Origin: Bifidobacteriaceae bacterium
GTDB taxonomy: Bacteria > Actinomycetota > Actinomycetes > Actinomycetales > WQXJ01
Length of the DNA stretch: 40,716 nt
Assembly: GCA_031255835.1 (NCBI GenBank)
Contig: JAIRRT010000192.1
Location: 1 to 40,716 of the forward strand
Reading direction: 5' to 3'
Shown: positions 8,177 to 15,547 of the stretch, piece after piece
Numbering within the stretch: the stretch's first letter is position 1
Layout: every line of letters starts with the position of its first letter
Program-made: the position numbers and the translations under genes
The notes under the pieces: generated by a model
Told to the model about the DNA's origin: nothing
Database searches by the model: none
What the model saw: only the letters and a program-made list of their open reading frames with translations

Positions 8177-9270
8177 GCCAGCAGCCTTCGCACAGCGGCG
8201 ATGATCTGGGCGACATCGCCGGAACTCAAGGCTGGATGGACAGGGAGCGAGACGACTTGCGAGGCGAGGCGGCGCGCCACCGGGACATCGCACACTTGTA
8301 CACGCGGGTGGTTCAGATACACCGGATAGTCGAACACAACTTTCGGATAGTAGACCCCGCAGCCGATGCCGGCCTCCGCCAGTCCCTCCACGAACTGTTC
8401 GCGCGTGAGGCGGGCCTCGGGCGTCAGGCGCACGGTGTATTGGTGCCACACGTGCCCGCGGCCGGGCAGCGCCTGCGGGACAACCAGCCCTTCGATGCCT
8501 TTCAGACCCTGGTTCAGCGCGGCCGCATTGGCCTGCCGCGCCGAGACGTTGGCGGCGTAGCGGTCGAGTTGCGGCAACACCAAAGCCGCCTGGAGATCGG
8601 TCAGCCGATAGTTGTGACCAGCCATAACGTATTCGTAGCGCTGCCGCATGCCCTGGTTGCGCAGCACCTGTAGCCGCTCGGCAAGGTCAGCATCATTGGT
8701 GGTCACCATGCCGCCCTCGCCGGTGGTCAGATTCTTGGTCCCATAAAACGAGAAGCCGCCGATGCCGTAGCTCCCCACTGCTTTCCCGTTCAGCGTGGCG
8801 CCGTGGGACTGGGCTGCATCCTCCACAACGGCCAGGCGGTGTTTCTGGGCAATCGGCATGAGCTGGTCCATCGGCGCGGCTTGGCCATACAGATGTACCG
8901 GCATTAGCACGCGTGTTCGAGGCCCCAAGGCGGCCCCTACGGAAGCTGGATCAATGGCGAAATCCGCCTCTGCGACATCGGCGAACACCGCTGTGGCGCC
9001 AGCCTCCAGGATGGCGTTGAGGGTGGCAACAAACGTCAGCGGACTGGTGATGACTTCATCGCCCGGCTGGAGTTGCAGCGCTTCGAGGGACGCCACCAAG
9101 GCTGTGGTGCCGCTCGAGACCGCCACGGCGTGGGCGCAACCGGTCATCTCGGCGAAGCGCCGCTCGAACTCGGCCACCACTGCGCCCTGGGCCAACCGGC
9201 CGGAGCGGAGCACTTCAACGGCCATGGCGATGGAATCTTCGCCCAGGTCAACACGGGAAATGGGTATCAA
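8173..9270 (-). CDS. DegT/DnrJ/EryC1/StrS-family PLP-dependent sugar aminotransferase (GnnB/WbpE-like)
   Basis: The ORF is 365 aa with a TTG start at 9270, preceded by GGGAG 5 nt upstream. Family motifs are present: RFAEMTGCAHAVAVSSGTTAL, the VEDAAQSHGA Asp/Gln region, and the PLP-lysine context FSFYGTKNLTTGEGGMV. Confidence 0.9.
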   Translation of the reverse strand: MIPISRVDLGEDSIAMAVEVLRSGRLAQGAVVAEFERRFAEMTGCAHAVAVSSGTTALVASLEALQLQPGDEVITSPLTFVATLNAILEAGATAVFADVAEADFAIDPASVGAALGPRTRVLMPVHLYGQAAPMDQLMPIAQKHRLAVVEDAAQSHGATLNGKAVGSYGIGGFSFYGTKNLTTGEGGMVTTNDADLAERLQVLRNQGMRQRYEYVMAGHNYRLTDLQAALVLPQLDRYAANVSARQANAAALNQGLKGIEGLVVPQALPGRGHVWHQYTVRLTPEARLTREQFVEGLAEAGIGCGVYYPKVVFDYPVYLNHPRVQVCDVPVARRLASQVVSLPVHPALSSGDVAQIIAAVRRLLA

Positions 9271-9334
9271 GGCGGCTCCCGCAGGGCGGTCGGGTCAGTG
9301 CGTCGCAGACCCTAGCACATGGCATCATTGCCCG

Positions 9335-10312
9335 GTGATCAGCAGCCAGACGGACCGCCCCCGGCGCAGCGCGCTGCTCGGGGCGGACCGGCGGGCCGGC
9401 ATCGCCGCTGTGTTGCGGTGGGTCGCCATCGTGGTGGTGGTTGGCGCGGCGGTTTGGGTGCTGGCATCCAACTGGGACGAGGCGCTGGCAACCGCCCGCG
9501 CGGTCCATCCACTGTCGCTTGGACTGTCGCTTTTGGTGCTGATGGCTGGATCTGCGGCGGCAACCATGAGTTGGCAGGTGCTGCTGGACGGGTTGGGCCC
9601 ACCGGTCGGCATACCTCGCGGATTCCAGATTTATCTTGTGGGGTTGCTGGGCAAATACGTACCGGGCTCTGTGTGGGCATACCTGCTCCAAATGGAGCTG
9701 GGAAAGCGCCATGGCGTGTCGCGCCCAAGGGTGCTGGCGGCGTCGCTGTTCGCTGCCGGTATCGGTGTGGTTGGCTCGCTGGTGCTTGGGCTGGCGGCGC
9801 TGCCGGCCATAAGCGGGGTTGACAGGCGGCTTTACTGGCTCTACGCCATCATCCCGCTCGGTCTGGCCGTGCTCAATCCGCGGGTGATGACGTGGATGGC
9901 CCGCCTGGTGTTCCGCCTGATGCGCCGCCCCGCGCCCGATGTCGCACTGCGCGGCCGGACGGTGGCGGCCGCCTTCGGATGTGTGCTGGTTGCATACGTG
10001 ATGTTTGGCCTGCACCTTTGGCTGCTGGCCAACTCCCTGGCCCAACCGACCATCTCCACTTTGGCGCTGTGCATCGGCGCATCAGGGTTGGGCATGACTG
10101 CCGGGCTATTCGCCTTCTTCATGCCATCCGGGCTGGGCGCGCGCGAGGCCGTGCTGGGCGCTGCCCTGGCCACCGTGCTATCCGTGGGCCAAGCCAGCGC
10201 GTTGGCGGTCGGTTCACGCATCATGTTCACCGTTTCCGATCTGGCGTTGGCGGGCATGGCCGCCGGCCTGGCCGTGCTGGCCGCCAGACGCACGCGGTCC
10301 CGGACCGTCTAG
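9335..10312 (+). CDS. UPF0104 / lysylphosphatidylglycerol-synthase-TM-type flippase-like membrane protein
   Basis: This is the C-terminal two-thirds of track ORF 8795..10312. The 5' part of that ORF is antisense to the DegT gene, so it cannot be real. The first plausible in-frame start after 9270 is GTG 9335 (MISSQTDRPRRSALL...). The protein has about 8 hydrophobic helices. The motifs LLGKYVPGSVW and MPSGLGAREAVLG match the P.G.G..E pattern of this family. The start coordinate is uncertain. Confidence 0.6.
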   Translation: MISSQTDRPRRSALLGADRRAGIAAVLRWVAIVVVVGAAVWVLASNWDEALATARAVHPLSLGLSLLVLMAGSAAATMSWQVLLDGLGPPVGIPRGFQIYLVGLLGKYVPGSVWAYLLQMELGKRHGVSRPRVLAASLFAAGIGVVGSLVLGLAALPAISGVDRRLYWLYAIIPLGLAVLNPRVMTWMARLVFRLMRRPAPDVALRGRTVAAAFGCVLVAYVMFGLHLWLLANSLAQPTISTLALCIGASGLGMTAGLFAFFMPSGLGAREAVLGAALATVLSVGQASALAVGSRIMFTVSDLALAGMAAGLAVLAARRTRSRTV

Positions 10313-10379
10313 ACTTGGGCGGCGTCCGCCCCGGCCAGCCCTGGCCAGCCATTGGGCGGGCGGCGCACCCGCTAGTGGA

Positions 10380-11537
10380 ATGGACCAGATGACGCACCAG
10401 GACCGTGTTGTTCCGCTCGGCCAACCCACCGTCGGTCAGGCCGAACTCGACGCCATCCGGGACGTCTTCGACTCCGGCTGGCTGGCCGGCGCCGGCCCAA
10501 CCTGCCGGCAGTTCGAGACCGAGTTGGCCGCAGCATGCGGCACAGCCCACGCGCTAGCCACCGCCAATTGCGGATCGGCACTCCATTTGGCTTTGCAGGT
10601 GCTCGATGCCGGCCCTGGCCAAGAGGTGATTGTTGCCGATTACACCTTCCCCGCCACCGGCCACGCCGTCGCCTGGACAGGCGCAACGCCCGTCTTCGCG
10701 GACATCCTGCCCGGCAGTTGGTGCGTGGATCCCGCCGCGGTGACCGCCGCCATCACCCCCCGGACCGCCGGGATCATCGCCGTTGACGCATTTGGCCAGC
10801 CGGCCGGCTACGCCGAGTTGGCGGACATCGCCGCAGCTCACGGCCTGTGGCTCATAGAAGACGCCGCCTGCTCAGTAGGCGCTACCTATCAGGGCCGGCC
10901 AGCCGGATCCTTTGGAGACATCGCCGCCGTTTCATTCCACGGCCGCAAGGGCATCACCGCCGGCGAGGGCGGCGCGCTTTTGACCGATAACCCCGAATGG
11001 GCCGCCCGCGCCCGGCGCCTCCACACCTACGGCACAGAACCGGCCATCAGCCGCGAAGGCGCCACCGGGCTTCCAATACCGCACTTTGCCGAGATTGGCC
11101 GCAACTACCGCATGTCAGATGTCGCCGCAGCCATAATGCGCGTGCAACTGACCAGATTGCCTGACCTATTGGCGGCCCGCAACCAAACCGCTGCCCACTA
11201 TCGCGAATTGCTGGGCGACGTTCCGGAAATTGACTTGCCGAACGTCATCGGCGGGCGGACTCATTCCTGGCAATCATACGTGCCGACGATGGCGCCGCAT
11301 ATTGACCGCGATGCCGTCGCCGCACAATTGCGGGCCGAGGGCGTCCAATGCAATTTCGGAACGTATGCCTCTCACCTCTTGCCGGTGTATGAGTCTGCAA
11401 GCCGCTGCCCCGTCTCGGCCGATGTGTTTGCCCGGCATTTGGCCATTCCGATGCACGCCAATTTGACCGCCAGCCAAGTCGAGCGGGTCGCAGCCACCCT
11501 GCGGGCCGCCGTCACCAACCCAGCCAACCGGCGGTAA
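10380..11537 (+). CDS. DegT/DnrJ/EryC1/StrS-family PLP-dependent sugar aminotransferase (second copy)
   Basis: The ORF is 385 aa. Family motifs are present: GQAELDAIRDVFDSGWL, IEDAACSVGA, and the PLP-lysine context VSFHGRKGITAGEGGAL. An alternative ATG lies at 10389. Confidence 0.9.
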   Translation: MDQMTHQDRVVPLGQPTVGQAELDAIRDVFDSGWLAGAGPTCRQFETELAAACGTAHALATANCGSALHLALQVLDAGPGQEVIVADYTFPATGHAVAWTGATPVFADILPGSWCVDPAAVTAAITPRTAGIIAVDAFGQPAGYAELADIAAAHGLWLIEDAACSVGATYQGRPAGSFGDIAAVSFHGRKGITAGEGGALLTDNPEWAARARRLHTYGTEPAISREGATGLPIPHFAEIGRNYRMSDVAAAIMRVQLTRLPDLLAARNQTAAHYRELLGDVPEIDLPNVIGGRTHSWQSYVPTMAPHIDRDAVAAQLRAEGVQCNFGTYASHLLPVYESASRCPVSADVFARHLAIPMHANLTASQVERVAATLRAAVTNPANRR

Positions 11538-11562
11538 CCTGCCGCCCCCACCGAGGAGTCCC

Positions 11563-12501
11563 ATGTCCGCAAACCCCAGCAAGACGGTGTTCTTTACCGG
11601 CGGAGCCGGCTTCATCGGGCTGCATGTGCTGCCCATGCTGTTGGCCGAGGGCTACCACGTCCGGGTGTTTGACAACATGTTCCGAGGTGACAGGGCCGCC
11701 ATCGCCCGGCTGGAAGGGACCGGCCAGGTTGAGTTGATTGACCAGGACGTACGCTACGGCGGGGCTGTGCATGCGGCCATGAAGGGTTGCAGCAAGGTCA
11801 TCCACGCGGCCGCTGTTTCGATCAACAAGAGCCAGGCTGACCCATACGAATCGCTTGACATCAACCTGATTGGCGAGCACAACGTCTTCGCCGCGGCTGT
11901 TGATCATGGCGTGGACCGGCTGGTGTTCTGCTCCAGCGCGTCAGTTTATGGCGATCCAACCCACCTGCCCATGCATGAGGACGATGTCCTCGATCCGCTC
12001 ACTCCGTACTGCATTTCCAAGCGTGCCGGCGAGGATCTGTTGCGGTATTACGAGCGCCGCGCCGGGTTGAACTGGATTGCGTTGCGGTTCTTCAACGTTT
12101 ACGGCCCGGGGCAAAAGACAACCGCCTATTACACGTCAGTCATCAACCATTTTGTGAACAGGTTGCGGTCTGGCGAACCGCCCGTCATTGACGGCAAAGG
12201 CGAACAGTCGATGGATTTCATTCATGTCCACGATATCGCCCGGGCCGTTGTGCTCGCTTTGACGGCTGAGCAGGGCAATATGGCGATCAATATCGGCACA
12301 GGGATAGACACTTCGATTGCTGAGCTTGCCCGAATCCTGATCGAGGCTGCCGGGGCGGACGTGGAGCCGATTTTCAACCCGCGTGACGTCCTGGTCTCCC
12401 GCCGGGCTGCCGATATCACCAGGGCCAAAGACGTGCTCGGATTCGCCCCATCGATTGCCGTGCGCGACGGCATGACAGACCTGATCCGGAGCGGCGGATG
12501 A
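11563..12501 (+). CDS. Extended-SDR NAD-dependent sugar-nucleotide epimerase/dehydratase
   Basis: The ORF is 312 aa, with GAGGAG 5 nt upstream of the ATG. It has the motif TGGAGFIG (GxxGxxG) and the catalytic YxxxK as YCISK preceded by CSSASVYG. Confidence 0.85.
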   Translation: MSANPSKTVFFTGGAGFIGLHVLPMLLAEGYHVRVFDNMFRGDRAAIARLEGTGQVELIDQDVRYGGAVHAAMKGCSKVIHAAAVSINKSQADPYESLDINLIGEHNVFAAAVDHGVDRLVFCSSASVYGDPTHLPMHEDDVLDPLTPYCISKRAGEDLLRYYERRAGLNWIALRFFNVYGPGQKTTAYYTSVINHFVNRLRSGEPPVIDGKGEQSMDFIHVHDIARAVVLALTAEQGNMAINIGTGIDTSIAELARILIEAAGADVEPIFNPRDVLVSRRAADITRAKDVLGFAPSIAVRDGMTDLIRSGG

Positions 12502-13034
12502 GCCCCGCAACGCCCCCATCCACTGGCGCGCCAACCGGCGGGCCCACCGCCGGGCCCACGCCCACCTCTGACCCCCCACCCACCCGGCCGGGTCTGCCGC
12601 CCAACCCTTACAACCCGCTGGCCTGGATCATTGGCGAGCCCTCCATAGGTGAGGGCACCTGGATTGGCGCGTTCACCGTCATCGACGGCTCCGGAGGACT
12701 GCAGATTGGCTCGGGGTGCGACATCGGCGCTGGCTGCCAGATCTACACCCACTCCTCCGCACGGCGCTGCGTGTCCGGCCGGCGCTACGGCGAAGTTGAC
12801 CGCAAGCCGGTGACCATGGGCGACAGGGTCTTCATGGGCCCCGGCGCCATGGTGTTCATGGGTGTCGAGGTGGGCGATGAAGCCGTCATCTGCGCAGGTG
12901 CCATGGTCACCCGCTCGGTTCCCCCACGCACAATCGTGGCGGGCGTGCCAGCCCGGCCAATCGGCATCGTCCAATTCGATGACCCGGCCAGCCCGCGATT
13001 TGTCCTCACCGACCCACCAACTGGGCAGATCTGA
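12498..13034 (+). CDS. Hexapeptide-repeat (LbH) acyl/acetyltransferase with a Pro-rich N-terminal extension
   Basis: The ORF is 178 aa. Its ATG overlaps the stop of the epimerase gene (ATGA). Hexapeptide repeats are visible: IGEGTWIGAFTVIDGSGGLQIGSGCDIGAGCQI and VFMGPGAMVFMGVEVGDEAVICAGAMV, followed by VAGVPARPIG. The first 40 aa or so are low-complexity Pro/Thr/Gly. Confidence 0.8.
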   Translation: MSPATPPSTGAPTGGPTAGPTPTSDPPPTRPGLPPNPYNPLAWIIGEPSIGEGTWIGAFTVIDGSGGLQIGSGCDIGAGCQIYTHSSARRCVSGRRYGEVDRKPVTMGDRVFMGPGAMVFMGVEVGDEAVICAGAMVTRSVPPRTIVAGVPARPIGIVQFDDPASPRFVLTDPPTGQI

Positions 13035-14227
13035 TGCGCATCGCCGTTGTCAACAACTTCTTCCCGCCGCGGGTGGGTGGCTCGTCCCACCTGTCCCACA
13101 CCCTGGCCACGCGCTACGCCCAGGCCGGCCACAAAGTCCTGGCCGTCACCGCCGCCTACCGCGATGCCCCCACATTCGAGGCGTTCGATGGCGGTCACAT
13201 AGTCCGCCTCCCGGCTTTCCAGATCCCCGAGACCCCTCTGGCCTTGAACTTCGACATCAGCTTTGCCACCAGGCCGTCGCTGCCGCGCCGGTTGGCTCGG
13301 ATCCTCGACGCGTTCAAGCCCGACGTCATCCACCAACACGGCCAGTTTTTCGACCTGACCTGGGCAAGCGGACTGTATGCGCGGCGGCGCGGCATCCCGA
13401 CGCTGCTCTCGGTGCACACTCGGCTGGAGAACCCGACGGCGCTGTATCGCGGCGCACTGCGGTACATCGACGCCTGCTTGGTGCGCCCGGCTCTGCTGGC
13501 GTACCGGCCAAACATGGTGGTCATGGACCGGCTGATGCGCAGCTACATCACCGAGCGCTACCCCGGCGCCTACCGCGAACTGTTCGATATCCCCGTCGGG
13601 ATTGACCCGGTGGCGGCGGCAGGTGGGGACGGCGGCGTTGGGCGGGCCAAGCTCGGGCTTGAGCCGGATGTGCCGCTGATTGTCTCGGTGGGCCACGTCA
13701 TCCCGCTGCGGGATCGGGTTGCCCTTGTCGAGGCCCTGCCGCATGTGCGCCGCCACATCCCGCAGGTCAAGCTGGCCGTCATCGGCGAGGTGTATTACGA
13801 CGTGTTCTCCCGGCGCGCGGCCGAGCTTGGTGTGTCCGATTCCGTCATCCAAGTTGGCCCGGTTCCCAAGGCTGACGTGCCGCATTACCTGGCCGCCGCC
13901 TGGGTGGAGAGCCACGAGCAGGGCTACGGCCTGGGCACCGCGACGCTGGAGGCGATGGCCGCCGGGGTGCCGGTGGTGGCCGCCGCCCGGCCCGACAACT
14001 TTGCGCCACTGGCGTTGACTGACCGCCGCGAACTGTTCCTCGCCCCGCCTGGCGATACCCCCGCCCTCGCCGCCGCGCTGACCGAGGCGCTGTCCAACCG
14101 GGCTCTGGCCGGGCAGGTTGGGCTTGCCGGCCAGGAGTTCGCCTTGGCCCACTTCACACTCGATGCCGTCACAAACCAGCACCTCGACGTGCTTGGCGAG
14201 TTGGCCAAGGAGGCGAGCACAGCGTGA
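13034..14227 (+). CDS. GT4-family (GT-B fold) glycosyltransferase
   Basis: The ORF is 397 aa. Its ATG overlaps the upstream stop (TGATG). The N-terminus MRIAVVNNFFPPRVGGSSH and the C-terminal motif ESHEQGYGLGTATLEAMAAGVPVVAA are typical of Glycos_transf_1/GT4 enzymes. Confidence 0.85.
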   Translation: MRIAVVNNFFPPRVGGSSHLSHTLATRYAQAGHKVLAVTAAYRDAPTFEAFDGGHIVRLPAFQIPETPLALNFDISFATRPSLPRRLARILDAFKPDVIHQHGQFFDLTWASGLYARRRGIPTLLSVHTRLENPTALYRGALRYIDACLVRPALLAYRPNMVVMDRLMRSYITERYPGAYRELFDIPVGIDPVAAAGGDGGVGRAKLGLEPDVPLIVSVGHVIPLRDRVALVEALPHVRRHIPQVKLAVIGEVYYDVFSRRAAELGVSDSVIQVGPVPKADVPHYLAAAWVESHEQGYGLGTATLEAMAAGVPVVAAARPDNFAPLALTDRRELFLAPPGDTPALAAALTEALSNRALAGQVGLAGQEFALAHFTLDAVTNQHLDVLGELAKEASTA

Positions 14228-15411
14228 ACCGCACCGATATTGCTGTGGTGGGGGCCGGCATCGTCGGCTTGGCAGTGGCGGAGGCTTTGTCCCGTCAAGG
14301 TCGCCATGTGACAGTACTGGAGAAGGAACCGACGATGGCGGCCCACCAGACTGGCCGCAATTCTGGGGTTATCCATTCGGGCATCTATTACGCCCCGGGC
14401 AGCTTGAAGGCGCGGTTGTGCCGGGCGGGGGCGGCGTCGATGGCGCGGTTCGCTGAGGAGCACGGTGTTGCTCGCGGACCGAGCGGCAAGGTGATTGTGG
14501 CGACGCGGCCGAGCGAACTGCCTGCTCTGAGGGCGCTGGCGGCCCGGGCCGGGGCCAACGGGATCGAGGCGCATCAGGTGACGCGCGCACAGGTGGCCGA
14601 ACTTGAGCCGCATGTTGGCGCCATCGCCGGCCTGCATTTGCCCGGCACGGGGACCATCGATTACTCCCAGGTTTGCCAGGCGTTGGGCGCGCTGGTGGTC
14701 AGCCAGGGCGGCGAGGTGCTGCTGGGGCAGCGGCTGGTGGCGGCGCGGACGGTGGGCGAGACGGTCGAGATCAGCCTGGCGGACGGCTCGCGGCTCGCGG
14801 CGAATGGCCTGATCAACTGCGGTGGGCTGCATTCGGATGAGATCTGCTCGGCCTGCGGCGTGGACCCAGGCGTCCGGATTGTGCCGTTCCGGGGCGAGTA
14901 CTACGAGCTGGCGCCTGACAGGCGGGACCTGGTGCGCAGCCTGGTCTATCCGGTGCCTGACCCGCGGTTCCCCTTCCTCGGGGTGCATCTGACGCGCATG
15001 GTTGACGGGTCGGTTCACGCCGGGCCGAATGCTGTGCTGGCGCTGGCGCGGGAGGGGTACACCTGGCGCGATATCCAGCTGGACGATCTAGCCGGCACGC
15101 TGACATGGCCCGGATTCTGGCGCCTGGCCGCGCGCTATGCACCCGCCGGCGCCAAGGAGATGGCCCGCTCCGCATCGATGCGCCTGTTCGCCGCGTCCCT
15201 GGTCCGCTTGGTGCCGGAGATCGAGCCCAGCGACCTCCGCCCAGCCCCCGCCGGAATCCGCGCCCAAGCCCTAACCGCCACCGGCGCCCTAGTAGACGAC
15301 TTCCTAATCCGCCGAGCCCCCCGCCAAATCCACGTCCTAAACGCCCCCTCCCCAGCAGCCACAGCCGCCCTAGAAATAGCCCACCACCTATCAACCCAAT
15401 CCCCCACCTAA
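14224..15411 (+). CDS. lhgO: FAD-dependent L-2-hydroxyglutarate oxidase/dehydrogenase (LhgO/YgaF family)
   Basis: The ORF is 395 aa. Its GTG start overlaps the GT4 stop (GTGA). It carries the FAD motif DIAVVGAGIVGLAVAEAL, then HQTGRNSGVIHSGIYYAPGSLKA, FRGEYYEL and FLGVHLTRMVDGSVHAGPNAV, which match the LhgO family as I recall it. The gene symbol is given at family level only. Confidence 0.75.
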   Translation: MNRTDIAVVGAGIVGLAVAEALSRQGRHVTVLEKEPTMAAHQTGRNSGVIHSGIYYAPGSLKARLCRAGAASMARFAEEHGVARGPSGKVIVATRPSELPALRALAARAGANGIEAHQVTRAQVAELEPHVGAIAGLHLPGTGTIDYSQVCQALGALVVSQGGEVLLGQRLVAARTVGETVEISLADGSRLAANGLINCGGLHSDEICSACGVDPGVRIVPFRGEYYELAPDRRDLVRSLVYPVPDPRFPFLGVHLTRMVDGSVHAGPNAVLALAREGYTWRDIQLDDLAGTLTWPGFWRLAARYAPAGAKEMARSASMRLFAASLVRLVPEIEPSDLRPAPAGIRAQALTATGALVDDFLIRRAPRQIHVLNAPSPAATAALEIAHHLSTQSPT

Positions 15412-15547
15412 CCCCACCACCCGCGCCGCTCGCGCCGGCAGCGCCGGCACCCGCCCCCAACGGGCCACCGCCGCAACTGCTCAAAACACCACCTCACCTC
15501 CGGTTTCCCGTCCCGTTGTGAGCACTTTCGGTTGTCGCTGTCACCCG

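Noticed and set aside
8177-8449. The N-terminal 91-aa extension of the Gfo/Idh/MocA ORF. The 28-aa extension of the DUF2142 ORF at 6378-6461 is a similar case.
   Set aside because: The extensions are Arg/Pro-rich or non-hydrophobic, and they precede the canonical Rossmann N-terminus or the first TM helix. The internal ATG at 8176 gives a classic ATGA stop/start overlap with the upstream gene.
8795-9334. The 5' extension of the 505-aa ORF 8795-10312.
   Set aside because: This part is antisense to the well-supported DegT aminotransferase (8173-9270) and lacks membrane-protein character. The real UPF0104-like gene must start after 9270.
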